In this document: piece after piece, positions 31,308-41,900 of the stretch
Position numbering within the stretch: position 1 is the first letter of the stretch
How the letters are laid out: each line of letters opens with the position of its first letter
Origin: Bdellovibrionales bacterium
GTDB lineage: Bacteria; Bdellovibrionota; Bdellovibrionia; Bdellovibrionales; CAYMLA01
Direction: 5' to 3'
DNA length: 64,000 nt
Assembly (NCBI GenBank): GCA_965217115.1
Contig: OZ244239.1
Coordinates: forward strand, 256,001-320,000
Notes under the pieces: generated by a model
What the model was told of the DNA's origin: nothing
The model's input: only the letters and a program-made list of their open reading frames with translations
Databases searched by the model: none
Position numbers and translations under genes: made by a program

Positions 31308-33272
31308 ATGAAAAAAAGTATTCTATTCTGTATTTCTAGATACACTAAGGAGGGACTAGACTTGATCTACGTCAACAAGAACTCCTTTGTCATTGGTCGC
31401 TCTAAGGAGGCTGATGTTGTATGTATGCATAGAGGGGTGAGTCGCAACCATGTACGGGTCTATGCTAAAGGATCAGAAATCCTCATTGAAGACCTTGGTA
31501 CCTCCAATAACACTAGAGTAGACGATATCGTCCTCCCCACTAATGAGCTTATAAAATATACCCCAGGGACAAAATTAAAATTAGGAAGTTGTAACGAAAC
31601 TTATTTCATAGATATGTACCGTTCTGAGCTTTCCATAGAAGAAGAGGCCGATGATTACTACCAGTCTATTAAAGAAAAAGCACTGACTCTACGTCAAAAA
31701 TCTGATAATGAAATCAAAAGTCTTTTCAGTCAAGCTAGGGAAGAAGTTGAAAAATTATATAGACAAGTAGAGAGAGATACAGAGGAAGAGCTCCAAGAGA
31801 AAAGGGCTTCAGCCCGTCAAAAGGCCGAGCAAGAGGCCATGGGCATACTCTCCGTAGCTAAAGCTGAAGCACAGAAAGAACTAAATAAAATTGAGGATGA
31901 AAAGAATGTTCTTCAAAAAAAATTACAGCAGGAATTAGAGAGCGACTTAGAGAATAAACGGAAAAGTAGCCTTGAAGAGATCAAAGAATATCAAAAGAAC
32001 AAAGAGATCGAAGCCGAAGAACTCTTCAAACAGAGTGTCGCTGAGTTTCATCAAAATGCAAATGAAGAAAAAGAACTTCTTCTCAAAGACTCAAAAGAGG
32101 AGAGGGAGCTTCTTCTGAAAAAATCAGAAGAGGAGAGAGAACTTCTTCTAAAAGAATCAGAGGAAGAAGCTGCTCGACTCATCAGCCAAGCAGAGAGTCA
32201 AATAAAAGATAGTCAAGATAAAATGCGTGAAGAAGTCCTCTCTGAACTCAATGACAAATGGACTTCCATCAGAGCTAAAGAACAAGAGTTGGAAACCCAT
32301 AAAGTGGCTCTCATAGATCAAGCTCAAGAGGAGATTGTCGAACTAAAAAGACTTGCTGCCGAAGAAATTCACGAATCTCATAAAAAACAAGAAGAACGAG
32401 AAAAAGAGAGCACTCAACTAAATAGTCACAAGCTAGCATGTCTCCATTTAGAGCAAGTTGAAGAGCACAAAAAACTCCAAATAAAATTAGAACAGAAGAT
32501 GGAACAACATATGAAAACGACAGCTTCTGAAATAACTCTCGAAGTAGAAGGGCTCCTCAGGTCCCGTCTTTCAGGGCTCGTGGCTTTGAGTGGATCTGAA
32601 AAAGAGAGTGGTATCTCCAGCTTAGTACAAGATACCAAGGCACTCTTACTCCAGAAATTACTCAAAGAAGACCCTCGCCATGAAAAGAAAGTAGAAGAAC
32701 ATTTCAGCTTCAATGCTATATCCATAGAGGATGTTAAAATCTGGTGGAAAAGGCCCCACGTTATCGCTCTAGGTAGCTTGGCCATTGCCTTTCTCCTTTG
32801 GAATTTTAAAGGCAACTTCTTTAATTCGACTGGCCCGTCTGCATCAGAATTGTTTGTTCAAAAAGCTCAGGAAAATAGGCAGAAAAATAAATTCACTCCT
32901 AAGATGACACCCGGTTTTAAAGACACCTACACCAAGAATATCCTCTATACTAAAGAGTATCTGGAGACAAAGAACAACTCAAAATATCAAGCTAGCTGGG
33001 TCCTCGAAGCCAATGATTTCTTTGTGACTGAGCTCAACCTAGCTGACAATGCCATTGTGAAGTTTATTGCTCTTGAGTCCAAACTCATTAAAAAATTGAT
33101 CTATCTCAGTCAACATATGGATAATCGAAGTATAGCCTCTGGCCTAGGGTCCATGATCGAAGTTGAAGACAAGGTTACTAAGGAAATGATCTCTATTTTA
33201 GAAGGAGTGGGTCACTTTGAAAAGTTTAAGAAGTTTCGTAAAAAGTTTTACAAAAAATTTACAAGTACCTAA
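31308..33272 (+). CDS. FHA domain + long acidic coiled coil + single TM + C-terminal domain protein
   Basis: FVIGRS, VSRNH, EDLGTSNNT. Glu-rich helix. TM VIALGSLAIAFLLW. Confidence 0.85.
   Translation: MKKSILFCISRYTKEGLDLIYVNKNSFVIGRSKEADVVCMHRGVSRNHVRVYAKGSEILIEDLGTSNNTRVDDIVLPTNELIKYTPGTKLKLGSCNETYFIDMYRSELSIEEEADDYYQSIKEKALTLRQKSDNEIKSLFSQAREEVEKLYRQVERDTEEELQEKRASARQKAEQEAMGILSVAKAEAQKELNKIEDEKNVLQKKLQQELESDLENKRKSSLEEIKEYQKNKEIEAEELFKQSVAEFHQNANEEKELLLKDSKEERELLLKKSEEERELLLKESEEEAARLISQAESQIKDSQDKMREEVLSELNDKWTSIRAKEQELETHKVALIDQAQEEIVELKRLAAEEIHESHKKQEEREKESTQLNSHKLACLHLEQVEEHKKLQIKLEQKMEQHMKTTASEITLEVEGLLRSRLSGLVALSGSEKESGISSLVQDTKALLLQKLLKEDPRHEKKVEEHFSFNAISIEDVKIWWKRPHVIALGSLAIAFLLWNFKGNFFNSTGPSASELFVQKAQENRQKNKFTPKMTPGFKDTYTKNILYTKEYLETKNNSKYQASWVLEANDFFVTELNLADNAIVKFIALESKLIKKLIYLSQHMDNRSIASGLGSMIEVEDKVTKEMISILEGVGHFEKFKKFRKKFYKKFTST
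32064..32162 (+). repeat. 3 x 33-bp coding tandem repeat (11-aa unit EE[KR]ELLLKxSx)
   Basis: gaagaaaaagaacttcttctcaaagactcaaaa / gaggagagggagcttcttctgaaaaaatcagaa / gaggagagagaacttcttctaaaagaatcagag. Confidence 0.85.
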
Positions 33273-33279
33273 GTCTATT

Positions 33280-33807
33280 TCATGTCGTTTCTACAGTTAG
33301 AGAAGAACTGATCATGATGCCCTTTCTTTTTAATAGTGACCATAAGCCTTCTTCATCTTCATCACTCATGACGCTAATTCCATGATTCATTAGAAGCTGT
33401 GCAGCCACTCCTCTTCCATGAATTATTTTTTTCTTTGGCCAGCTGGCTCCATCATAAAGACCCTTGACTCCACATGAAGGGCTCAACTCTTTTAAGAAAG
33501 CAACTTCAATCCTATTATTCTGAGCATAACGAAGCATTGATCGTGCTCCTTCAATAAATTCAGAACTCACATCCCTACCCGAATGAGTCTGTACCGATGA
33601 CTCTCCACTCAGTACCTCTGTCCCCGTTCCAGCCATTATATTAGCTGGCTCCCTCGGTATTGGCAGAAGTACAGCTTCAGGACAATAGAAAAATAATAAG
33701 ACCTGGGGAATTTCTTTGAGAACTGCAACCGTGTTCCTATAATGGTCCTCACCCTTGTAGTTGCACTTTACACCTGCCAAACAAGAACTCACAAGAATGC
33801 GAACCAT
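33280..33807 (-). CDS. DUF523 / 2-thiouracil desulfurase family protein
   Basis: ILVSSCLAGVKCNY, CPE, PREP, LKELSPSCG, GRGVAAQLL. Start overlaps the grxB stop (TAATG). Confidence 0.9.
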   Translation of the reverse strand: MVRILVSSCLAGVKCNYKGEDHYRNTVAVLKEIPQVLLFFYCPEAVLLPIPREPANIMAGTGTEVLSGESSVQTHSGRDVSSEFIEGARSMLRYAQNNRIEVAFLKELSPSCGVKGLYDGASWPKKKIIHGRGVAAQLLMNHGISVMSDEDEEGLWSLLKRKGIMISSSLTVETT

Positions 33808-34457
33808 TAATCCTGCCGCCAATAATCTTCATGATAATTAAACCGGCACATAGCCCCCACTCTCTGTAGGTAATCATGGATCTTATTTGAAAATTGAAAC
33901 TCAGGAACAACATACATACCCCAAAGATGGGATGCTAAAAAAATATCACAAAGAGAGAACTCTTCACCTAAAAACCAAGGATGGATCTCTTCTTCTAGCC
34001 TCTCTAGCTTTACATATAACTCTCTGCCTAATTCCTCACTTCTACGAACCAATTTCGCAAATGGTCCTCTGCTAGCCTCTTTCTTATTACGAAAATACTC
34101 CCTAGATGATTCATTAAACTCAGGGGTATAAATAAAATAAGGCATGGCCATCTTATATAGAGGATCAGAGATATCCTTGAGCCATTGATCGACTTTGCCC
34201 AAGGCCCCGTTATCCAACAAACGAGACACTTTTAAAATATTTTCCCCATCAATATGAGAAATAATGTCCATACTCTCATTAAGGATTTTTCCATTATCTT
34301 TCCATATAGGCAGCATTTTTTTTCCCGTTAATTCAACAGGAGTTCCTTCATCGTCATAGGACAAAATAACCGATTTATAATCAACAGGTAAGAATCCACA
34401 GGTCATGCGAATTCTTATACAAAAAGGGCAATGGACATAATGGTATAATGTTCCCAT
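33807..34457 (-). CDS. grxB: Glutaredoxin 2
   Basis: LYHYVHCPFCIR, GKKMLP, ESMDII, EYFRNKKE. Likely start ATG 34457. Confidence 0.88.
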   Translation of the reverse strand: MGTLYHYVHCPFCIRIRMTCGFLPVDYKSVILSYDDEGTPVELTGKKMLPIWKDNGKILNESMDIISHIDGENILKVSRLLDNGALGKVDQWLKDISDPLYKMAMPYFIYTPEFNESSREYFRNKKEASRGPFAKLVRRSEELGRELYVKLERLEEEIHPWFLGEEFSLCDIFLASHLWGMYVVPEFQFSNKIHDYLQRVGAMCRFNYHEDYWRQD

Positions 34458-34675
34458 ACCAGGGAGTGTGCATTCCCTCGGAGGCATAGACAAGCTACTT
34501 TGGTTGATTTCTTAGTGACCATTTAAAATTTAAGCTCATTTAAAAAAAATCTCTCCAATACCTTGTCAAAAGTGTAAAAAGACTCAGATTTACCCCGTAG
34601 TATTCAACACAAGCTTAGTTACCATATTTAAAGAAAACCATAAGCTTGATGATAAAATCTAAGGAGACTTTATAA

Positions 34676-36607
34676 ATGGCTAAAAAAACTCAAGAATTTC
34701 AAGCAGAAGTTAAGGATTTAATGCATTTAATGATTCATTCGCTCTATTCTCACAAGGAGATATTTTTACGGGAGCTCATTTCCAATTCCTCTGACGCTAT
34801 AGATAAACTCAAATTTGAGGCTCTCACACAGAGAGACCTTATAAAAGATGACACCAAGTTCCAAATTCGTCTAGAACCCCTAGCTGATAAAGGCCAATTA
34901 AAGATCATCGATAACGGGATCGGTATGGACTACGATGAAGTCATCAATAATATAGGAACTATCGCAAAATCAGGCACAAAAGAATTCCTTAAGCGAGCCG
35001 CTGAAGTTAAAGATAATCCTGAATTAATAGGCCAATTTGGGGTGGGTTTTTACTCTTCTTTTATGGCAGCTAAGAAAGTCATTGTTCACACACAGAAAGC
35101 TGGAACCACTGAAGGAGTTTTTTGGGAATCCGATGGGACAGGTTCCTACAGTATTGACAAGATCCCCAGGGCAGAAGGCCATGGCACGACCATCATTTTA
35201 CAATTAAAGACCAAAGAAGAGATGGGAGATAACGAGGAATATCAAGATTTCGCCAACGATTTAACCCTCTCCCACTTAATTAAAAAATACTCTGACTTCA
35301 TTTCTATTCCTATTAAAATGAAAACAGAAAAATCTATTCCTAAGAAAGACAAAGAGGGAAATCCCATTAAAGATGAATGGGAAAAAGTCATTGAAGATGA
35401 AACATTGAACTCTCAAAAAGCTCTTTGGTTGAAATCACCTTCTGAAGTAAAAGAGGAAGAATACGCGGAATTCTATCGCCATATTTGCCACGATTGGAAT
35501 CCCCCAGCTAAAACTATTCACTTTAAAGCTGAAGGGACCCTTGAATTCAATGCCCTCATGTACATACCAGGAGCTAAGCCTTTTAATTACAACACTCGTG
35601 ACGCTAAGTACGGATTAAATCTCTATGTTAAAAGAGTCTTCATTATGGATAATTGCTCTGATCTACTTCCTGATTACCTCAGGTTTGTTAATGGAGTCGT
35701 TGATAGTGATAATCTCTCTCTCAATGTCTCTAGAGAGATTCTGCAACAAGATAGACAAGTCACAGCTATGCGTAAATCCTTGACAAAAAAAGTTCTCACA
35801 TACCTTGCTAATACCTTAAAAAATGAACGTGAAAATTACGAAAAAATATGGGGCCATTTTGGACCAACTCTTAAAGAGGGCATCACTGTTGATCCATCTA
35901 ATAAAGAAAAATTACAAGATCTCTATTTATTTCATTCATCACATTCAGGCAAGTTAACCACGATCTCTGAATACATCCAGAGAATGAAAGAAAATCAAAA
36001 GGATATTCTTTTCATTACTGGTGAGGACCTGGATAAACTTAAAACCAGTCCTTACCTAGAACAGCTTAAAGAGAAAAACTACGAAGTCCTCTTCATGATC
36101 GACCCTGTCGATGAATGGCTCGTAGAGCAACTCACTTCTTATAAAGACCATAAACTTCAATCAATCACTAAAGAAAATTTAGATTTAGAAACAGACGAAG
36201 AGAAAAAATCTAAAGAAGATGAGAGAAAAGGGCAGGAAGAGCGTTTCACACCTCTAATGACTCTGATGAAAGACCACCTAAAAGAAGATCTTAAAGACAT
36301 CCGTCTATCGACACGTCTAAAAGACTCTCCCGTTTGCCTTGTTGCTGGGGAACATGACCCATCGGCTCACATGGAAAGAATCCTCTTTGGAGCAGGCGGA
36401 AATAACAGTAAGACTAAAAGAATCATGGAGCTCAACCCTGTACATCCTGTTTTTGAAAAGATGTTCTCAGCCCCCAAAGAAACTCAAGAAAATTGGACTG
36501 AGATACTCTATTCACAAGCGCTCTTAGCTGAAGGATCGGTTGTTCCTAATCCAACAAAATTTTCAAAACAAATTAGCCATCTTATGACAGGGTTTTCTTT
36601 TAACTAA
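34676..36607 (+). CDS. htpG: Molecular chaperone HtpG (Hsp90)
   Basis: YSHKEIFLRELISNSSDA, IGQFGVGFYS, LNVSREILQ. AGGAG RBS. Confidence 0.98.
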   Translation: MAKKTQEFQAEVKDLMHLMIHSLYSHKEIFLRELISNSSDAIDKLKFEALTQRDLIKDDTKFQIRLEPLADKGQLKIIDNGIGMDYDEVINNIGTIAKSGTKEFLKRAAEVKDNPELIGQFGVGFYSSFMAAKKVIVHTQKAGTTEGVFWESDGTGSYSIDKIPRAEGHGTTIILQLKTKEEMGDNEEYQDFANDLTLSHLIKKYSDFISIPIKMKTEKSIPKKDKEGNPIKDEWEKVIEDETLNSQKALWLKSPSEVKEEEYAEFYRHICHDWNPPAKTIHFKAEGTLEFNALMYIPGAKPFNYNTRDAKYGLNLYVKRVFIMDNCSDLLPDYLRFVNGVVDSDNLSLNVSREILQQDRQVTAMRKSLTKKVLTYLANTLKNERENYEKIWGHFGPTLKEGITVDPSNKEKLQDLYLFHSSHSGKLTTISEYIQRMKENQKDILFITGEDLDKLKTSPYLEQLKEKNYEVLFMIDPVDEWLVEQLTSYKDHKLQSITKENLDLETDEEKKSKEDERKGQEERFTPLMTLMKDHLKEDLKDIRLSTRLKDSPVCLVAGEHDPSAHMERILFGAGGNNSKTKRIMELNPVHPVFEKMFSAPKETQENWTEILYSQALLAEGSVVPNPTKFSKQISHLMTGFSFN

Positions 36608-36622
36608 AAAAAACTGTATACC

Positions 36623-36650
36623 AACCCTGTCAATTTAATGACGGGGTTTA
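36623..36650 (+). terminator. Probable intrinsic terminator hairpin after htpG
   Basis: AACCCTGTCA-ATTTAA-TGACGGGGTT. Confidence 0.6.
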
Positions 36651-36654
36651 TAAA

Positions 36655-37005
36655 GGTTCTTTGTGATAAACAAAACAATAGTGGAGCCAGTTTTTCTCTG
36701 ATGAGCCGTTTTTTTCTAGAGTATCTCCCAAAAGAATCCAGCCCTTTTCTTGCTCAAACATCCGTTTGTCACCTCCCATTGCAGAGAAATGCAATGGAAG
36801 TCGCCAAGCCAAACTCGCCGAAAAGAACTGGATTCTTTTGGGAGAGACTCTAGAAAAAAGGCCGTATTCAATCAATTGAGTCAATGGATCTATTTCTATG
36901 ACTGACCTCCATGTGTAACAACGCTGTTATCCATGGATAGTTTTAGAAAGAGAGCCCTCAAGATGAGTCTCTTGGGAACAGTTCCACTATTTATCACAAA
37001 GAACC
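36655..37005. mobile_element. Non-autonomous ISL3-like element (MITE), 351 bp
   Basis: Perfect 16-bp terminal inverted repeats GGTTCTTTGTGATAAA (36655-36670 and 36990-37005), both followed internally by TAGTGGA. 8-bp TTTATAAA on both flanks (36647-36654 and 37006-37013). No transposase ORF. Confidence 0.8.
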
Positions 37006-37022
37006 TTTATAAAACGGTATGA

Positions 37023-37871
37023 TTACAATCCCGTACCCTGTGCTTGCATGAATGAATAAAGAAAAACCGCATTTGGGTCTTTGCTCACAAGGTTTAGTTC
37101 ATGTTTTGTCGCCTTGACAATATCTTCTGTAACGTATTTAGACTCTAACAATCGTTCTTCAGCACTAAAGAGTAGTTCATACCAATAATCAATCACCTCT
37201 TTGCGCCTCTTAGGATGGCGATTATCGAGATGCCACGTTATAATCTCTGTAGAGATCTCCTGAAAACCCGCAGACATCAATAGATTCCCCAGCTTAACAC
37301 CAATAAAAGGATCCCCTGCTCCATCGTACTGATAATCATTAAAAGCCATCCAATATTTCCACAAATTTGGTGAATAGGGCTCAAGAAAAAAAGTGGAGTT
37401 CATCACTTCAGTCACATGGACCTTTCCTCCAGGCCTTAGTACACGTCTCACTTCACTCAAAACTTGCTGGGGATCAGTCACATGTTCTAATATCCAGCAC
37501 AAGAAAGCCCCATCAAATTTATTTGACTCAAAAGACATCTTTTCAGCATTCATCTCTAGAAGTTTATATCGCCCAGACAAGTGGGCTTGTTCTTGTAAAG
37601 ACTGCTCTGCCGTCTCAATCTGAGTCCTATTCAATTCAACCCCTGTCAAATAAATTTGAGGAAAGCGGCGTAACAATATCTCCGTCTGAGCACCCACACC
37701 AGAGCCAACTTCCAGAACATGGGAGCAACCCGACAAATCAATACTACGATAAATTGATTGCTCCAAAAATCTGGCCTGTTTACGCAATCGTTTTTGCTCG
37801 TTCTCTGAGAATCCATGGAGATAGGAAAATTTTTCTTCATCATCAATCATAATACTCGTAAGTCTACCCAC
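37023..37871 (-). CDS. Class I SAM-dependent methyltransferase
   Basis: VLEVGSGVG, FDGAFLCWILEHV, RRVLRPGG. The start may be ATG 37850. Confidence 0.9.
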   Translation of the reverse strand: MGRLTSIMIDDEEKFSYLHGFSENEQKRLRKQARFLEQSIYRSIDLSGCSHVLEVGSGVGAQTEILLRRFPQIYLTGVELNRTQIETAEQSLQEQAHLSGRYKLLEMNAEKMSFESNKFDGAFLCWILEHVTDPQQVLSEVRRVLRPGGKVHVTEVMNSTFFLEPYSPNLWKYWMAFNDYQYDGAGDPFIGVKLGNLLMSAGFQEISTEIITWHLDNRHPKRRKEVIDYWYELLFSAEERLLESKYVTEDIVKATKHELNLVSKDPNAVFLYSFMQAQGTGL

Positions 37872-38019
37872 ACTTCAAAAGAACGGCCATTGTTATTTTG
37901 ATCATTTCTTTATTTAAGATAAGGAATCCAACCATGAATCACGAAACTGTACGTCAATATATTGGGTCGTATGTGAACCAGCTACATCATTGGAGACTAG
38001 ACTAAATGACAGGTTCCAA

Positions 38020-38046
38020 GAAAGTAAATGTTTATAAAGCCGATAA
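38020..38046 (+). promoter_or_regulatory. Putative sigma28 promoter of the pilin gene
   Basis: GAAAGT...GCCGATAA with 15-nt spacing. The -10 box is a perfect match. Confidence 0.6.
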
Positions 38047-38082
38047 GGGTGTGTTATAGTAATTATAAGAGGACACTAAATA

Positions 38083-38613
38083 ATGATGGCAAAGATTCTT
38101 TCTTTAAAAATCAACAATAAAGCTTTCTCGTTAGTAGAACTAATGGTTGTGGTGGCTATTATTGGAGTTTTAGCCGCTGTGGCCGTTCCCGCTTATAAGA
38201 ACTATATAAGAAAAGCTGAAAGTGCAGAAGCTAAGGGTATATTATCTGGTATATTCTCTTTAGAAAAAGCTTATTATGCTGAACATCAGGTATATACCAG
38301 TAACCTTTTAGCTCTTGGCCTAGAGACCCCCAACCTCAAGTACTATGGTCTAGTTGGTTTTATAAATCCTAGTATTCAGGTTAATAACATAATAGCAAAT
38401 CGACCTCTGTTCGGCTTAACTTATTCCAGTCACTTTGCTTCCGGTCAGATACCTACCTATGCTCCATCATCCATGCCTGCAGAAATCACATCGTCACCTG
38501 TGGTTCAGACCTTTGCCGCGGCAGCATTGCTGTTAGAGAACGACACTGATCCAGCAAAGTCTGCATGGTACATTAATGAGAAAAAAATCCTAAGGGAGGT
38601 CATAGACCTCTAA
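38083..38613 (+). CDS. Type IV pilin
   Basis: Prepilin cleavage motif KA|FSLVELMVVVAIIGVLAAVAVPAY, with Glu5 present. Confidence 0.92.
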   Translation: MMAKILSLKINNKAFSLVELMVVVAIIGVLAAVAVPAYKNYIRKAESAEAKGILSGIFSLEKAYYAEHQVYTSNLLALGLETPNLKYYGLVGFINPSIQVNNIIANRPLFGLTYSSHFASGQIPTYAPSSMPAEITSSPVVQTFAAAALLLENDTDPAKSAWYINEKKILREVIDL

Positions 38614-38904
38614 TTTTTTAACTTTATCAGAAAGTGTTTTAACAGTTCAGTCACCCACAGCAAACTGGAACATAACTACAAATTCTATCTATGTATTAGG
38701 CCATTAAAACAAAACTAAAAAAGTGATGGTAAAAGCCTGCTATTTGTAGTCTGGACTTTCCTCCTCCTCTGCTTAAAAAAAACAAAAAGTAGGAACAGGC
38801 TTTTTTATCCCCTGCCCATTAAGTAGCATAGTTTATACTGTTTGCAAATTCTCTCAAGCCTACTGCTGTTTAAGCCCTTTTTTATTACTCTGATAGAGAG
38901 TCGT

Positions 38905-41900
38905 CTAAGGTGTTGTACAATCTGAGATCTCTGTTACTCCAGATTTTAAATTGCCAGAGCTATACAAATCGTAAACAGGAGTGCTCCCATCTTCGACTGC
39001 TTGAAGGGCCGCCTCTATGTTCACTAGACCATGACCAAAAACATTGTCCACGGCATCGGAATCAGCTGTTGTATCAATAACACCAGAGGAGTTAAGATAC
39101 TGTGCTGTATCGACTATGAGTCCTAATAATTCTTTGTTGGTATAAGTTCTATTATATTTAGTATTTGCCTCTATCATAAGTGCCATGATTCCACTGAAGG
39201 TGGCCGTTGCCTGTGATGTGGCTCCGCTACCAGTTTCTAAAATAGATAGGGTGTAATACTTGGCATAACTTCCTGCCAGAGTTCTTAGTGATTCATAAGT
39301 GGGTTCATAGGTGCTAGTGAGAGGCCCTCCTACAACTGCTTGCAATGTAATAATTCCTCCAGAAGATGAACTTAAGTCATGTATATAAGGCGTGAAGAGA
39401 GCCTCATCACCATACCCACAGTCGGGAACTTCGTTAGTGGTCGTGGACGTATTCCCAAGACTAATGCTAAGAACTAATCCTTTGTCGATGAGATCTTTTA
39501 GCTTGCCCTCTTCAGTGCTTCTGACTTCGTCATCGGTAAGACCACTGCCAGATAAACTTAAAATATCAATAGGGTTACTAGCGGCAATATCTAGTGGGTA
39601 TCCTGGAAAATATCCAAGGATAGGAGTTTTTCTGCCACTGTCGTAGATATTCACCTTAGGTGCATAGTTTAACATATAACGCGCCATCTGGGTTCCATGA
39701 TTGTACAGGGCATAGGATTCTAGACTACCTAGATTGGGATTTATCGCATTCGCGTAGGGAAAGGAATTGTTTGGATCAGGTATTTTTTCATGAATAACGA
39801 AGTCAACAATTCGATCAGGCCAGCCCAGTGCTGTAAAGACAACGCTATCATAGACATTACTACTTTTAGCAATAATCTGATCGAAAATTAAAACATTGAC
39901 ACCTGCACCGTAGATCTCTTCATCAGTTGCGTGTGAGTGTTTATGGAGAGTTTTACCCTTAGCTAGTTCACCGATGTGATAAGTACTTAGTCTTGGCCAT
40001 TGAATACGGTTAAACCAATCAGTATGAGTCCCAGTTGCGGCAAAGGTGGATTGAGATTTAATGGTTTCGTGTAACTCAGGAGTAGGGAGAGTTGTGATTG
40101 TTCTAGTCACACTATTTTGCGTGATATCTGTAAAAGTCACTGTAAAGGTCACGGCTGCATCTAAGGGAAGGTTGTAACCACCCTGTCTTCCGTTGAATAT
40201 GAAATAAAATTCAGAAGGTATAATCAGTTGATTGTTTTCTATGGAAAGACTTGGCGGATCTGTGGCCCTCTGGGTGACTAAAGAATAATTAAAATAATCT
40301 TGTCCTTGAGCAGACCCTGTATTGGTGCCTGTATGCTCGGGAAGAAACTGCATAGTCGCCGCCTCTGGTGGACTAAAATGGGGGTTCATAAAGCTTGCCC
40401 CAACGGAATCAATATCGGATAAGAGTGTTCCTGCTGGCAGTGTTATGCTAACATCTTCGTTAAGATAAAAAACATTAGAATTTGTAATAGTAAAATCGAC
40501 ATCAGCAGGACCTATAATATTTGTATTAGCTGAAGACAGCGCGATTTTAAGTTTAAAATTCTCATTAGGTTCATGGATGTTATCCTTGTTAGTGGTTATC
40601 ACAACACTCGTACTTGTTGAGCCAGCGGGAATAACATGGGATTGAGTGTCTATTTTTTTAAAATCTCCAGTCAAAGTGCTTGTATCTCCAAAGGCAGTGT
40701 CATCCTCAGTGGTTAAAAACATTGTCGTGTCTGTTGTTTGTACTTCTGATAACTCTAGAACGAGGGTTTTTTGGTTGCCTTCTTCAGCAATTGGGGAGCT
40801 GTCAGCCCAAATGACCTCTAGAGCAGGGACTATTTGCCAAGATTCACTAAAGAAAACGGCAACACTCCCATTGCTATCTGTAGTCCTTACTGAATACCAA
40901 TAATCGGTGTCTTTTAATAATGTAGAAACACCAAAGTTAGCTGCGACACTCCATGTTGTCTGGGAGAATCCAGGCCAAGGCAAGGCAGATGTAGGAGTCC
41001 AAGGAGAGACATCATCACTTCCTGGAGCGGTTCCCACGGCAAACTCTATTAAACTGTGTACGGTGTACCCGCTAGGGTGAGAGTCAAAGCCACAGGCTTC
41101 TGTTGTGGTAATGGTAAGAGATGGAGCAGTTGCCTGTGTTCCTGTTCCCGAGACGACAAGACCTAGATCAGAGGTTATGCTTGGTCGCCATGAAGCACTA
41201 GATGTGGTTTCTGCTCCAGTACTAGAAACAGCCCTCACATTAAAGAAATAATCCTGTTGAAAATCAGGAAGTGCGGGGCTAATGGATGAAAAGATGTGTT
41301 GCGTATTAGTGCCAATATTTGTCCAACCTATAATATCAGAGCTTTCTGAAGCTGTCCCTAAAGACACCTCGTAATGGTCTAATACATAGGTCGAATTTGT
41401 AGTTACGCTCCAGTCTGCTGTGGGTGACTGAACTGTTAAAGCATCTCCTGATAAAGTTAAAGAATCAATAGTAATACTAGGCGCTTCAGGTGGAGTTGGA
41501 GGTGGAATTGAAGCATACATATCTAAATAATCTTTCAGCTCTTTGGTTGTCCTTCTGCCCTCAAGTGCATCATTAGCGATAGTAGTATGTAAATTGTTAG
41601 CATTAGGATTTAATAAATATTTAAAGATAATCAACCCATCATTGGGGGCATTAAGATCCCCATTGCCATCAACATCTAAAATTGAAGCATGTGTATCTAA
41701 ATAAGCTTTCAGATCTTTGGTTGTCCTTCTGTTAGCATCATTAGCGACAGTAGTATGTAAATTGTTCGCATTAGGGTTTAATAAATATTTAAAGATAATC
41801 AATCCATCATTGGGGCCATTAAGATCCCCATTGCCATCAACATCTAAAGAAAAAGTTGAAGTCTCTGTGGATGACTGAGCTGTTAAAGCATTTCCTGATG

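Noticed and set aside
36638..36884. 71-aa and 78-aa ORFs inside the MITE as genes or a transposase
   Set aside because: They run through inverted repeats and show no recognisable DDE or zinc-finger motif.
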